This document shows positions 7,360 through 17,274 of a DNA stretch of 64,000 bases, piece by piece. A program made the position numbers and the translations under genes. The notes under the pieces were generated by a model. That model saw only the letters and a program-made list of their open reading frames with translations, was not told the origin of the DNA and searched no databases. The stretch comes from Deltaproteobacteria bacterium (GTDB lineage Bacteria > Myxococcota > Kuafuiibacteriia > Kuafuiibacteriales > Kuafuiibacteriaceae). Within the stretch, counting starts at the first letter, position 1. Every line of letters starts with the position of its first letter. The stretch spans positions 238,562 to 302,561 of the forward strand of contig JAVJQW010000038.1 in the NCBI GenBank assembly GCA_040218735.1. Direction: 5' to 3'.

Positions 7360-8946
7360 ATGATCTTCCACTGTCCCGCCTGCTCGGCCGGGCACACGGT
7401 GCCGGTCTCGATGATCCCGAACGGCGGGATGGACATGACCTGCCGCCGCTGCTCCGCGTCGTTCCTGGTCGACGTCGACGAGCCCGCGGTCGTCGAGGAG
7501 GAGGATCCGACGGTCGCCGCCAAGGCCGAAGCGACCGCGATCGGGGTCGCGAACCCCTACGACGAGCTCGTCCCCGACGCCCAGCTGATCCGCCCCGGCG
7601 GCGAGCTGCTCGACCTGGACGACTCCTCCGACGACACCGAGGCCCTCGTCGCGGCCGAAGACCGCGCCCGCTCCGCCGACAAACCGACGATCCCGATCGA
7701 CCACAAGCGTGTTCCGCTGGGCCCGGACGAGGTGGGCGTCGACCCGGAGATCGACAACACCCAGCGCTTCGACGTCGAGGAGGAGGACGTTCCGACCTAC
7801 GAGCCGGACGTCATCGGGATGCAGGACATCGATGGCGGCGGCCTCGGCACCTCACGTCCCCCGAGCCGCCGCGCGCCGACCCCGGAGCCGCGCAAGCTGG
7901 GCGGCAGCAAACCGCCGCCCTCGTCGTCGACGACCCGGCCTCCGTTCGACCGTGACGATCTCTACGCCAAGGTCGCCTCCGGCCGCTACGAAAAGCCCGA
8001 AGCCCCACCGGAGCCGGCCTCCAACGTCCCGCGCGAACGCGCTTGGAACGAACCCTCGTCGCTGATCTTCACCGGCGCCGGATCCGACTCCGCGCTGCGA
8101 CGCTTCGCCGAGTGGCTCAACCGCGCCCCGTTGCCGCTGAAGGTCGCGTTGATCGTGTTCCCGGTGACGCTGGGCCTGACGCTGGTGCTCACGGCGGGGC
8201 CGAAGCGGGGGGAGCCGGTGGACGTGGGGGCCGTGGGTTCAGTGGATTCTACTCAAACGAGCCCCAGCGAGGTTCCCGGTCCGGGTCCCGGTCCGGGTCC
8301 CGAAGCGGGCACGGGTTCGGGATCGGGCAAGGGCTCGGGCTCGGACTCGGACACGGGATCGGATTCGGACTCGGATTCGGACACGGGATCGGATTCGGGA
8401 TCGGATTCGGACTCGGACTCCGGGTCGGATTCGGACACCGACGCGGACGCCGTCGCTCGTTCGCGTTCGGGACCCGGACCGGAACCGGGACCCGGACCGG
8501 GTGCCCTGCGCTTCCGCGACCCCACGGCGGCTGAGGGCCAAGCCTACATCCAAGCCCCCAACACCCGCCTCCGCGCCACCGCGGCGCCGCGCGGTCGCAC
8601 CGTCGCGCGGCTCGGCGCCGGACAGCTGGTCCAGCGCTACGATCGGCGCGGCGAGTTTGCGTTGGTGTTGGTCGCGCCGGACGGTCCGGTCGGGTTCGTC
8701 GACGAGGGGCGCCTCGGGGCGCGAAAGCCGGTCGTGGCGCTCGCCGAGGACATCGCGTTCGAGGGGTGCTCTTCGACCGGGAGCACGCTGGACGCATGCC
8801 TGTTCGCGGCGAAGCAGAAGGAGGGCGCGTGCGTCGACGGCTGTGGTGCCGACGGTGCGCGCTGTCGCGAAGCCTGTCAGATCGCGTTCGAGCGCTGCAC
8901 GCGCCAGTGCCAGCCGCCGAAGCGTCGGCGGCGTCGGCGGCGTTGA
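7360..8946 (+). CDS. MJ0042-type zinc-ribbon membrane protein with GP/SD linker, SH3-like and Cys-rich C-terminal domains
   Basis: MIFHCPAC...MTCRRC zinc ribbon; acidic/Pro linker; one TM; TRLRATA...VARL...GPVGFV SH3b-like; 8-Cys tail. Confidence 0.8.
   Translation: MIFHCPACSAGHTVPVSMIPNGGMDMTCRRCSASFLVDVDEPAVVEEEDPTVAAKAEATAIGVANPYDELVPDAQLIRPGGELLDLDDSSDDTEALVAAEDRARSADKPTIPIDHKRVPLGPDEVGVDPEIDNTQRFDVEEEDVPTYEPDVIGMQDIDGGGLGTSRPPSRRAPTPEPRKLGGSKPPPSSSTTRPPFDRDDLYAKVASGRYEKPEAPPEPASNVPRERAWNEPSSLIFTGAGSDSALRRFAEWLNRAPLPLKVALIVFPVTLGLTLVLTAGPKRGEPVDVGAVGSVDSTQTSPSEVPGPGPGPGPEAGTGSGSGKGSGSDSDTGSDSDSDSDTGSDSGSDSDSDSGSDSDTDADAVARSRSGPGPEPGPGPGALRFRDPTAAEGQAYIQAPNTRLRATAAPRGRTVARLGAGQLVQRYDRRGEFALVLVAPDGPVGFVDEGRLGARKPVVALAEDIAFEGCSSTGSTLDACLFAAKQKEGACVDGCGADGARCREACQIAFERCTRQCQPPKRRRRRRR
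8275..8501. repeat. In-frame hexamer array (TCGGAY/ACGGGA) bounded by 30-bp inverted repeats
   Basis: 8275-8304 is the reverse complement of 8466-8501 apart from one 6-nt insertion. Confidence 0.85.
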
Positions 8947-8950
8947 GGCT

Positions 8951-11203
8951 TCACAGCCCCCACTCGACCGCGACCGTGCGCTGACGTTCGATCTCCTCCG
9001 CGTCACCCACCGCCTCCGCGAGCTCCGGCCACACCGTCGGCTCTGGCAGGCCCGCGTCCGCCAACCAGCGCGCGGCGGCCTCGGGGCCCATCGACGCCCC
9101 GAACCCGACCACGACGTACCACGCCGGCGTCGGCTCCTCGTCGTCCTCGCGCCCGATCGCGTACTCGTCCCCGCTCTTGATCCACATCGCGCCGCCCTCG
9201 GCGTCGAGGGCCTCCGCGAACGCCTCGATCGCGTCGTCGTCCGGGCGCGCGCCGTCGAGGTGGTAACTCGTGAACCCGCCGGCCTTCTTCGTCGCGACGA
9301 CGGCGAAGTCCACGGGGCCTTCCTCGCCCTCCGCCGGCTGCGCGACGGGCTGCGGATCGAACACGACCTCGTCGCCCTTGTGTTGCGGCTCGCCGGGGCT
9401 CGCGAGCTCGAGCACCCGCGCCGTCACCGGACCGGTCCGGAGCGCGAACGTCGCGGTGGTGCGGCCGTCCGGCTCCTCGAACACCACGCGGCACGTCCCC
9501 CACCGCGCGCCGATCGGCGTGTCACCCGCTTCGACCGGGTGCTCCAACGCGATCGCCGCGGTGCGCACGAGATCCCACCGACCCACCATCGTCGCCGCGA
9601 GCGCGCGATCCCACTGCGTGTCGGCGTCGGTCTCGCCCTTCGCGACCATCCGCTCGATGTGCTCGAGCGCCGCGTCCCAGTCTCCTGCGCGCCGCTCGAC
9701 CCACGCGGCGGCGTCGTCGATGCGCACGTCGTCGCTCAGTGACAGCGCCTCTTCGAGGTATCGGCGCGCGCCGCCGAAGTCGTCCGTCCGCGCGGCGAAC
9801 TGCGCGCGCAGCCCGAGCACGAGCGCGCGTAGCTCGTCTCCTTCGACTCGCGCGAGGAGCGCGTCGAACGCCTCGAAGTCCTCCTCGCGTCCGTACATGT
9901 CCGCGAGCGCCACGACCACCGACTCCTCGTTCGGCGACGCCGCCATCGCGTCTTCGTACGCCGCGATCGCGCGCTGCGGTTGGCCGAGGGTGAACAGCGC
10001 GTCGCCGAGCGCCTTCGCGCGCTCCGCGTCGAGCGGCTCCATCGCCGCGACCGCGTGCAGCACCTCGATGTCCTGCTCCGGATCCTCGCCGAGCTCCTGC
10101 AGGCGCTGCGCGAGGGTCTCGGGGTCCACCGACGGCGCACCCTTCCTGCGCTCGGTGAGGAGCTCTTCGATGATGCGGATCCGATCCGGCGCGTCGAGCG
10201 GGCGGTGCAGCTCGGGGGCGATCCGGCGGAGGTCTTCGAGGGTGTCGGCGACCGTCCCGTACGCGCGCCGCGCGAGCGCGAGGTGCGCGCGACGCTGCGC
10301 GACGATGAACGCGGCGCGCATGGCGCCGCTGTCTTCGAGGTCCTCGTGGAGGTGACGGAAGAACATGCCGAGCCGCCACGTGTTCTCGACCGTGCCGGCG
10401 ATCGCCAGCTCCGTGATCGTGTCCGTGTACCGATCGTAGTCGTCGCGGATGCCGTGGATCTCGGACGACTTCGGCAGCGCCTCCTTCGCCTCGTCGTACC
10501 GACCGAGCTTCGCGAGGATCCGCGCGTGGTCGATCCCCTTCGACAGCTCGAACGCGCGCCCCGCCTCGGGCACCGATGCACGCGCGTTCGTCTGCAGCGC
10601 CTCGTCCGGACGCCCGAGCTGAAGGAGCGACGACACGATCGCGCCGCGCATCTGCGAGCCCTCCGTCGCGCCCACCTCCGCCTCCGCCTTGCGCGCGAGC
10701 TCCAGCGCTTCGTCCGGGCGCCCGTCGTCGAGGATCGCCGACGCGAGCTCCGACGAGATGCACATGTAACAGGGCCACTTCGGGTCGATGCGCGCGAGCG
10801 TCTCCTCGGCGACCTCGATGCGCTCCGCCGCGTACCCCGGACCGTCCGCCTTGCCGTAGCAGTTCGCGAGGTCCTGCACGACGCAGACGCTCTGCGGGCA
10901 CTGCTTCGTCTCTTCGCGGTTCGCGAAGTCGAGGAGGTCGACGGCTTCGGGCAGCGAGCGCTTCACCTCGCACCGCTTCAACACGCGGCTCTGCAGGAGC
11001 CAGTGCCGGAAGTAGACCTCCAGCCATGGGCTCTTCTTCGCGCGCGCTGCGGCGAGCGCCTCGCCGATCAACGCTTCGACTTCGTCGTGCCGGTGCTCGA
11101 CCGTGTAGTGCGGCACCACCTCGATCAGCTCGCAGAGCCTCAGCTCACCGGCTTCGTACAGCTCTTGTTGGAGGTCCTGCACCCACGCCCAGATGTCCAT
11201 CAC
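8951..11203 (-). CDS. Tetratricopeptide repeat protein, partner of the HSP90-like ATPase
   Basis: Helical TPR-like repeats; conserved-looking CPQSVC and WPCYMC motifs; GTGA overlap with the upstream gene. Confidence 0.8.
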   Translation of the reverse strand: MMDIWAWVQDLQQELYEAGELRLCELIEVVPHYTVEHRHDEVEALIGEALAAARAKKSPWLEVYFRHWLLQSRVLKRCEVKRSLPEAVDLLDFANREETKQCPQSVCVVQDLANCYGKADGPGYAAERIEVAEETLARIDPKWPCYMCISSELASAILDDGRPDEALELARKAEAEVGATEGSQMRGAIVSSLLQLGRPDEALQTNARASVPEAGRAFELSKGIDHARILAKLGRYDEAKEALPKSSEIHGIRDDYDRYTDTITELAIAGTVENTWRLGMFFRHLHEDLEDSGAMRAAFIVAQRRAHLALARRAYGTVADTLEDLRRIAPELHRPLDAPDRIRIIEELLTERRKGAPSVDPETLAQRLQELGEDPEQDIEVLHAVAAMEPLDAERAKALGDALFTLGQPQRAIAAYEDAMAASPNEESVVVALADMYGREEDFEAFDALLARVEGDELRALVLGLRAQFAARTDDFGGARRYLEEALSLSDDVRIDDAAAWVERRAGDWDAALEHIERMVAKGETDADTQWDRALAATMVGRWDLVRTAAIALEHPVEAGDTPIGARWGTCRVVFEEPDGRTTATFALRTGPVTARVLELASPGEPQHKGDEVVFDPQPVAQPAEGEEGPVDFAVVATKKAGGFTSYHLDGARPDDDAIEAFAEALDAEGGAMWIKSGDEYAIGREDDEEPTPAWYVVVGFGASMGPEAAARWLADAGLPEPTVWPELAEAVGDAEEIERQRTVAVEWGL

Positions 11204-12999
11204 GTCCCCTTCAGCAGCGCTTCGACGGAAGCGTTGATCGTCTCCAACACGGAGCGCACGTCCTTCACCACGCTGTCCGCGCCCTGGCTCGCCATCACCT
11301 TCGCAAACGCCACCAGCAGCTGCGCTCCCGACGCGCGCCGCGACGGCTCGGCGTCGAGCAGCTGCCGCACGACGGGCGCATCGACGTTCACGTACAGCCG
11401 CGCTTCGGGCCGCTCCTCGAGCTTCGCGGTGAACATCCGCGCCAGCCCCAACGCCGCGCTCCCGATGCGGCGGTCGGCGTCGTCCGACTCGATGCGCGCC
11501 TTCATCTGCGCTTCGCGATCCGGCACCACGACCAGCGGCAAATACGTCGGCTCGAAGTGCGCGAGCTGCAAGCTCATCCCCTCGACCCCCGCGTCCTCGA
11601 GCAGCGCGCGCAGCGCGTCGCCGTCTTCGAGCTCGGCGTCGCGGAACAACGCGCGGTTGCCGTGCTCGGTGCCGAGCTCCACCACGCGGTATCCGCGCTG
11701 ACCCGCGACGCGCTTCGCGAACGGGAACGCCGCGAAGCGTGTCCCGGTCACGACCGGCACCAGCAGCGCCGAGAAGAGCGTCTCCTCCGGCGCGCCGCGC
11801 TCGCCGAGCGACACGTAGATCGTGCCTTCGCTGCGCTTCGCCACCGTCGCCATCGTGAGGTCACCGGCCGAAGTGGGCACGGTGAGATCGTCCACGACGA
11901 TCTCGAACAGCTGCGGGTCCGACAGCGCCGCCCCGAGCAGCGCCTCGTTGTGGCGTCGCAGGATCCGCCGCCAGTTCGCCGGGTCGTGCCGCGCCGTGTG
12001 ACGAAGGCCCGCGATGAGTGTGTCGCGCACCAGCGCCTGGACCTCTTCGAAGACGTCGTCCTCGCACAGCTCTTCGCGGCTCGCCGTCGGCGCGAGCCGC
12101 TCGCTCTCGATGACGCCGCCGACGAACCCCGCCCACGGCGGGACGAGCTTGCGGGCGTCGTCGCTCACGAGCATCCCGCGGACGAAGACGGACATGTTGC
12201 GGTTGTCGCTCGTCGCGTAGGTCGACCCGTCCTGGATCCACAGCGTCCCGCGGTGACCGTCGCCTTCGAGATCGTACGCGCAGATCGGATCGAACGTCCG
12301 CTCGAAGTGGCGCGCGAGCGCGAGGTCCGCCTTGGTCTTCTTCACCCCCGTCGGCGCCGGGTCCTGCCGCCACCACGGCGCGAGGACGTTCGCGCGCTGC
12401 TGCCGCGCGCCGTCGAGGAACACCGGCGTGGGGAGCAGGGCGCAGTAGTGCTCGACGAGGTGTGCGATCGCGTCAGGCTCGGCGAGGTGCTCGAACGCCG
12501 GCGCGAGGTGCAACACCACGGTCGTCCCGACCGCGCGCGTCGTGGGGTGCGGCTGGATCGTGAACCGTTGCCCGTTGTCGCTCGCGAAGTGCCAGGTTCG
12601 ATCGGGCGTCTGGTACGACGTCGTGAAGACCTCGACACGCCGGCTCACGACGAACGCCGTCAAGAACCCCAGCCCGAACATGCCGATCAGATCGTTCGCC
12701 TCGCCCTTTTCGCGGAGCGTGCGCGTGTAGCCGCGGCCGATCGTCGCGAGGTCACGTTCGAGCTCCTCGTCCGTGAGGCCGGCGCCGGCGTCGCAGATCT
12801 CGATGCGCCCGGGCGTCGCCGTGACGGTGATCCACGCCTCGAAGGGCGCCTTGGACTCGATCCGCCGCCGCACGCAGGAGTCGTGTGCGTTCTGGACGAG
12901 CTCGCGCATCGCGACGGCGGGCGTCGAGTACAGGTTCTTGCCCAGGACCTGGAGCAGGCCGGGGAGATCGACGCGGGTGGCTTCCAGCCGAGCCGTCAT
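11200..12999 (-). CDS. HSP90 family (HtpG-paralog) GHKL ATPase
   Basis: NLYSTP...RELVQNAHDS, DAGAGL, IGMFGLGFL, GTTVVL and PTASRE motifs. Confidence 0.9.
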   Translation of the reverse strand: MTARLEATRVDLPGLLQVLGKNLYSTPAVAMRELVQNAHDSCVRRRIESKAPFEAWITVTATPGRIEICDAGAGLTDEELERDLATIGRGYTRTLREKGEANDLIGMFGLGFLTAFVVSRRVEVFTTSYQTPDRTWHFASDNGQRFTIQPHPTTRAVGTTVVLHLAPAFEHLAEPDAIAHLVEHYCALLPTPVFLDGARQQRANVLAPWWRQDPAPTGVKKTKADLALARHFERTFDPICAYDLEGDGHRGTLWIQDGSTYATSDNRNMSVFVRGMLVSDDARKLVPPWAGFVGGVIESERLAPTASREELCEDDVFEEVQALVRDTLIAGLRHTARHDPANWRRILRRHNEALLGAALSDPQLFEIVVDDLTVPTSAGDLTMATVAKRSEGTIYVSLGERGAPEETLFSALLVPVVTGTRFAAFPFAKRVAGQRGYRVVELGTEHGNRALFRDAELEDGDALRALLEDAGVEGMSLQLAHFEPTYLPLVVVPDREAQMKARIESDDADRRIGSAALGLARMFTAKLEERPEARLYVNVDAPVVRQLLDAEPSRRASGAQLLVAFAKVMASQGADSVVKDVRSVLETINASVEALLKGT

Positions 13000-13070
13000 G
13001 GCGCGACAGCCTAACCGCTTACGGGCCCGGCGAAAGCGAACTTGTGCGCTGGCTGTGGTGAATTGTGTCC

Positions 13071-14246
13071 ATGGCCTCGCCGATCGACACCCTCCGCTCC
13101 TCACCGCGCGCCCCGTTCGTCGAACCGCCCACGCCCCGGGCCCGCAGGTCGGCGCCGATCGTGCCGGCGTTCGACGCCGCCGCGTCGGCCTACGGGCAGC
13201 AGACCGGGCGCGCGAGCACCACGAGCGGACCGGCGCAGCTCGCGCAGCTCGTCGCGAAGGACTTCGAGGTGAGCCCCGAGCAGCAGCGCTTCGAGCGCAT
13301 GATGCGCACCGACACGAAGCTGTTCGTGAACCCCACGAAGTCGCGGACCAACTGCAGCGAGTGTGCGATCGCGCTCGACCGTCGCTTCGGCGGCGACATG
13401 TCGGCGGTCGCGCGCGACGAAGCGATCAGCGCGCACGGCGGAGACCCGATCGTCGGGATGCTCGCGGAGCTGGAGCGCCCCGAGGTCCACGCGAAGTTGA
13501 TCGGCGACGACGAACCTGACCCGCAGCTCGCCGCGCTCCGCGCCGGCGACATCACGTTCGCCGACCTGCGCGCCGGCGGGCGCGCGAAGATCGAAGCGGC
13601 GATCGAGACCCTCCGCAGCACCGACTTCACCGAGGACAGCACCACGGCGGAGCGCGCGGTCGCCGAAGTCGCGGCGCTCCCGCACGTCGTCTTGATGGGG
13701 CGGCACAACGCCGAGGACTACTCGATCCAGGAGGTCGCCCGCCGCCTCGGGCGACCGAGCGAGGACATCGAGCAGTTCGCGTCCAAGGAGTCCGGGCTGT
13801 GGGCGCAGATCCCGTTGTTCGACGTCGAAGGATTCAACGCCAAACAGCTCGTCCCCGTCGCGCGCCGCAGCGGCGTCGCCGACGCGCTCGGCAAACGCAT
13901 CCGCGCGATGAAGACCAACGAGCGCGCCGTGCTGTCGTTCCTCGCGGTGTCCCCCGACGGCCACGTGCACGCGCACCTGTTGAACGTCGTGAAGCCCAAC
14001 ACCACGCGCCCGCTGCCGGGCGGCGGCACGCACACCATGGGGCCCGACGAGTTCATCGTCGACGGGCAGCTCGGCCACGTCTACGAGCTCGACGCGTTCC
14101 TGAGGTTCACGTACCCGAACCTGCTCTACGCCGAGCTCCTCCCCACCGGCACCGAGCTGCACGACGGGAAGAACCTCGCGCTGTTCCGCACGCTCCGCGG
14201 CGGGGCGATCAAAACGCAGGAGGCGCTGCGCTGGGCAGCGTGGTGA
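13071..14246 (+). CDS. Papain-fold toxin (Tox-PL / glutamine deamidase-like) domain protein
   Basis: TNCSECAIALD, HLLNVV and FIVDGQLG match the Tox-PL C/H/D(xQ) motifs; Pro/Ala-rich N-terminus. Confidence 0.65.
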   Translation: MASPIDTLRSSPRAPFVEPPTPRARRSAPIVPAFDAAASAYGQQTGRASTTSGPAQLAQLVAKDFEVSPEQQRFERMMRTDTKLFVNPTKSRTNCSECAIALDRRFGGDMSAVARDEAISAHGGDPIVGMLAELERPEVHAKLIGDDEPDPQLAALRAGDITFADLRAGGRAKIEAAIETLRSTDFTEDSTTAERAVAEVAALPHVVLMGRHNAEDYSIQEVARRLGRPSEDIEQFASKESGLWAQIPLFDVEGFNAKQLVPVARRSGVADALGKRIRAMKTNERAVLSFLAVSPDGHVHAHLLNVVKPNTTRPLPGGGTHTMGPDEFIVDGQLGHVYELDAFLRFTYPNLLYAELLPTGTELHDGKNLALFRTLRGGAIKTQEALRWAAW

Positions 14247-14248
14247 GA

Positions 14249-16315
14249 TCAGCGCTGCTTCACGATGAGTGTGTACGGGCCGGGTAGGCCGGACGACACC
14301 ACGATCGTGTAGTCCCCCGCGCCGTCGAGCGCGACGCCCCACGCGGCGCCGAGCTGCGTGGAGATCGCGGCGCCGTCGGGATCGCGGACCTGGATCTGCC
14401 GCTGGTACGCGCCCTCGCCGAGCGCGACGTCGATCGTGACCGCGCCGGTCGCCGTGTACGTGTACAGGTCGAGGTCGGACGCGTCCGAGAGCTCTCCGAC
14501 GGCGGCGTCGATCGGGTTGGCCAACGCCGTCTCTTCGCCGGGGGCGTCGTTCGGCTCGACCTCCATCACGCCGGTCACCGGCGTGATCTCGGCCGACAGA
14601 TCGTACGTGTAGAGCGCGCCGCCGAAGCCGTTGTTCGCGTTGTGCACGGACGCGATGTAGCGGTCGGTCGTCGGCAAGTACGCGAGCGCGCGCGGCGCGC
14701 CCTGGCCGAACTGTCCGACGCCGTTGGGCCCGTACACCCGAATCGAAGGGTCGAAGTCCGCGACGCCGTCGTTGCCGACCACCGACAGATCCGCGACCGC
14801 CCGAACGCCCGGGTTGAGGTAGTGGCGACGGATCGAGCCCGCCGGGTTCAGCTCGCCCGAGAGCGTCCCGGTCGACGTGAACGTCCCGCCGACCGGCGGC
14901 CGGAAGACGACCGTCGTGAGGATGCCGTACCCGAACAGCGGCCCGCCCTCGTTCGCCGGCGGGTCGGCGAGGTTCGGCTGGTGCACGACGAGCATGTGGT
15001 ACGTCCCGGCGTACGGGAACACGGCTTCGATCTTGGGTGCGAGGCCGGACGAGTCGAGGCTCGTGTACAGCGCCTCGAACTCACCGTCCTCGCGGATCTG
15101 TCCGAGCAACATCGCCGGGTCCGTCGAGTTCGCGGGCAGGATGATGCCGTCGAACGCGAGCGTCTGGCCGGCCTGCGCCTCGAAGAAGTACCAGTCCTGG
15201 TCGGGCTGCCCGAGCGGCGCGCTGATCTCGCCGTCGGTGCGTCCCGGCACCGTCATCGCGCTCGCGATGTCGATGCGATCGTTCGGCTCGAGGTCGCCGA
15301 TCAGCTCCGGCTGATCCACGGTCAGCCGAACTTCGCGGTCCTCGCCGTACACCGCGATGTAGTCGAGCACGACGCGGATCGTCTTCGGATCGTCGGGCTC
15401 GAAGACCACGCGCGAGTCGAAGTAGCCGTCCGCGAGGTTGTCGGAGACGTAGATCGTCTCGCCGTCGTCGACCTCCACGTACAGCACGGTGTCGACGCCT
15501 TCGTTCGACAGCCCGCGGCCGAAGTCGGTCTGCGTGGAGATGCGCGAGAACTGCGCTTCGAGCGTAGCGTCGAAGACGAACACCTCGTTGTCGATCGTGT
15601 ACGGCTCGTTGGCCACGGGCAGCGTGAGCATCGTGCCCTCCACGGGGAGCGCGCGGATCGACAGCGCGTAGCCGTACGCGTCGCTGCCGCGCGGCTCGTC
15701 GCCGAGGATGCCGCGCCGGTCCGCGACGCCGATCGTGTACGTGCCGGCCTCCGCGACGTAGACCTGCCGCTCGGCGACGAACAGCCCGTCCGTGTACCGC
15801 GCCACGTCTTCGAAGCCGCCGCCCATGATCTCGACGTACGGCTCGAGCAGCGACTCGGAGCTCGTCCGTGCGACACGCAGCTCCAGGAGCGTCTGCGCGG
15901 GCACCATCACGTCGTACGTATCCATCTGCTGCTCGGCGCCTTCCTCGATCACGCCGCGCACCTCACGGATGTGTCGAAGCGGCTCGAGCGAAAGCGTCGT
16001 CCCGGTGACGTTGCGCTCCTCGTCGAACACACACTGGTCCTGCTCGGCGCGCCCCGCTTGGCCGTCGTTCGGCGTGGCGGGGCAGGTGTCGCAGGCGTCG
16101 CCGACGCCGTCGCTGTCACGATCGCGCTGCTCGGGGTTGGCGAGCGCGGGGCAGTTGTCCTCGTCGTCGAGCCAGTCGTCGCCGTCCATGTCGGGGCCGC
16201 GCGGGCCCGCGTCGCGTTCGACGCCGCCGTCGCGGGCGGTCATGGTGTCGTCCGAATCGTCGCCGCCGCTGCACGCGGCGAGGACGAGGCAGCCTGCGAT
16301 CAGAGCACGGCGCAT
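14249..16315 (-). CDS. Lipoprotein with thrombospondin type-3 repeats and PPC-like beta domains
   Basis: LVLAAC lipobox; DNCPALANPEQRDRDSDGVGDACD; EPND...D.Y repeats. Confidence 0.8.
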   Translation of the reverse strand: MRRALIAGCLVLAACSGGDDSDDTMTARDGGVERDAGPRGPDMDGDDWLDDEDNCPALANPEQRDRDSDGVGDACDTCPATPNDGQAGRAEQDQCVFDEERNVTGTTLSLEPLRHIREVRGVIEEGAEQQMDTYDVMVPAQTLLELRVARTSSESLLEPYVEIMGGGFEDVARYTDGLFVAERQVYVAEAGTYTIGVADRRGILGDEPRGSDAYGYALSIRALPVEGTMLTLPVANEPYTIDNEVFVFDATLEAQFSRISTQTDFGRGLSNEGVDTVLYVEVDDGETIYVSDNLADGYFDSRVVFEPDDPKTIRVVLDYIAVYGEDREVRLTVDQPELIGDLEPNDRIDIASAMTVPGRTDGEISAPLGQPDQDWYFFEAQAGQTLAFDGIILPANSTDPAMLLGQIREDGEFEALYTSLDSSGLAPKIEAVFPYAGTYHMLVVHQPNLADPPANEGGPLFGYGILTTVVFRPPVGGTFTSTGTLSGELNPAGSIRRHYLNPGVRAVADLSVVGNDGVADFDPSIRVYGPNGVGQFGQGAPRALAYLPTTDRYIASVHNANNGFGGALYTYDLSAEITPVTGVMEVEPNDAPGEETALANPIDAAVGELSDASDLDLYTYTATGAVTIDVALGEGAYQRQIQVRDPDGAAISTQLGAAWGVALDGAGDYTIVVSSGLPGPYTLIVKQR

Positions 16316-16326
16316 CACGTCCCTAC

Positions 16327-17274
16327 CTACCGCGCGGAACGTTCCGTTGGCAAAGCTGCGTAACTTTCCACCCATCCGTCGACGCCCCGATCCTTCAGCG
16401 CGCGGACGACGCGGCGCGCCGCGGTCGGCGTCGCACACACCGCGACGAGCGCACCTCCGGTTCCGCCTGCGCCGCTCATCTTGGCGCCGAGCGCGCCCGC
16501 GGCTTCGGCGGTCTGCACCGCCGCGCGCACCTCCAGGCCCACCAGCCCGAACCCGTCGAGGATCCCCTGGGCGATCTTCATCGCGCGCCCGACCAGCTCC
16601 AGGTCGCCGGTGCGCAACCCTTTCACACCGGCGTCGGCGGCCGCGCCGAGGGTGTCCATCGCCGATCCGATCAACTGCGGCGCGGCGCGGCGCGTCTCCC
16701 CGATCCGCGCGACGACGGGGGCCGTGCCGCCGTGGACCCCCGCGGTGGCGACGACCACGTACACCGGCGCACCGATCCGCAGCGGCTTCACGCGGATCCG
16801 ATCCGTACGCTGGAACCGGATCGGTGCTCCCCAGATCGACGCCGCGGGATCGATCCCGGAGGGGCGCCCGTGCGCGACGGACTCCACGTCGATGGCGCGC
16901 GCGAGGAGCTTCGGCTTGCTCTTCGGCGTCCCGAGGGCCCGCAGGGTCGCGACGGCGAGCGCCGCGGAGGAGCCGAAGCCGGCCATCGGCGGGACGCCGA
17001 GGTCCACGCGCACGTCGAGCGCGTCGAACGAGGCCCCGAGCGCGCGCCGCAGCAGCTCCACGGGCGCGGCGGCGCGGTGGGCGTCGGGGATGGTCGCGCG
17101 ACGGGGGACGCGTACGTCGACCTGGCCGCTCCCGTCCCGCAGCGTGACCTTCACGTGTTTCGATAGGGGGAGGGCGACCGCGGCCGCGCCGTAGACGACG
17201 GCGTGCTCCCCGAACAGGATGACCTTGCCCGGGGCTTCACCCGTTCGCTTCACTTTTAGCTTTCGCCTCGGCAC
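16327..17274 (-). CDS. mvk: Mevalonate kinase
   Basis: APGKVILFGEHAVVYG, GFGSSAA, HGRPSGID, GAKMSGAGGTGG. Confidence 0.93.
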   Translation of the reverse strand: MPRRKLKVKRTGEAPGKVILFGEHAVVYGAAAVALPLSKHVKVTLRDGSGQVDVRVPRRATIPDAHRAAAPVELLRRALGASFDALDVRVDLGVPPMAGFGSSAALAVATLRALGTPKSKPKLLARAIDVESVAHGRPSGIDPAASIWGAPIRFQRTDRIRVKPLRIGAPVYVVVATAGVHGGTAPVVARIGETRRAAPQLIGSAMDTLGAAADAGVKGLRTGDLELVGRAMKIAQGILDGFGLVGLEVRAAVQTAEAAGALGAKMSGAGGTGGALVAVCATPTAARRVVRALKDRGVDGWVESYAALPTERSAR

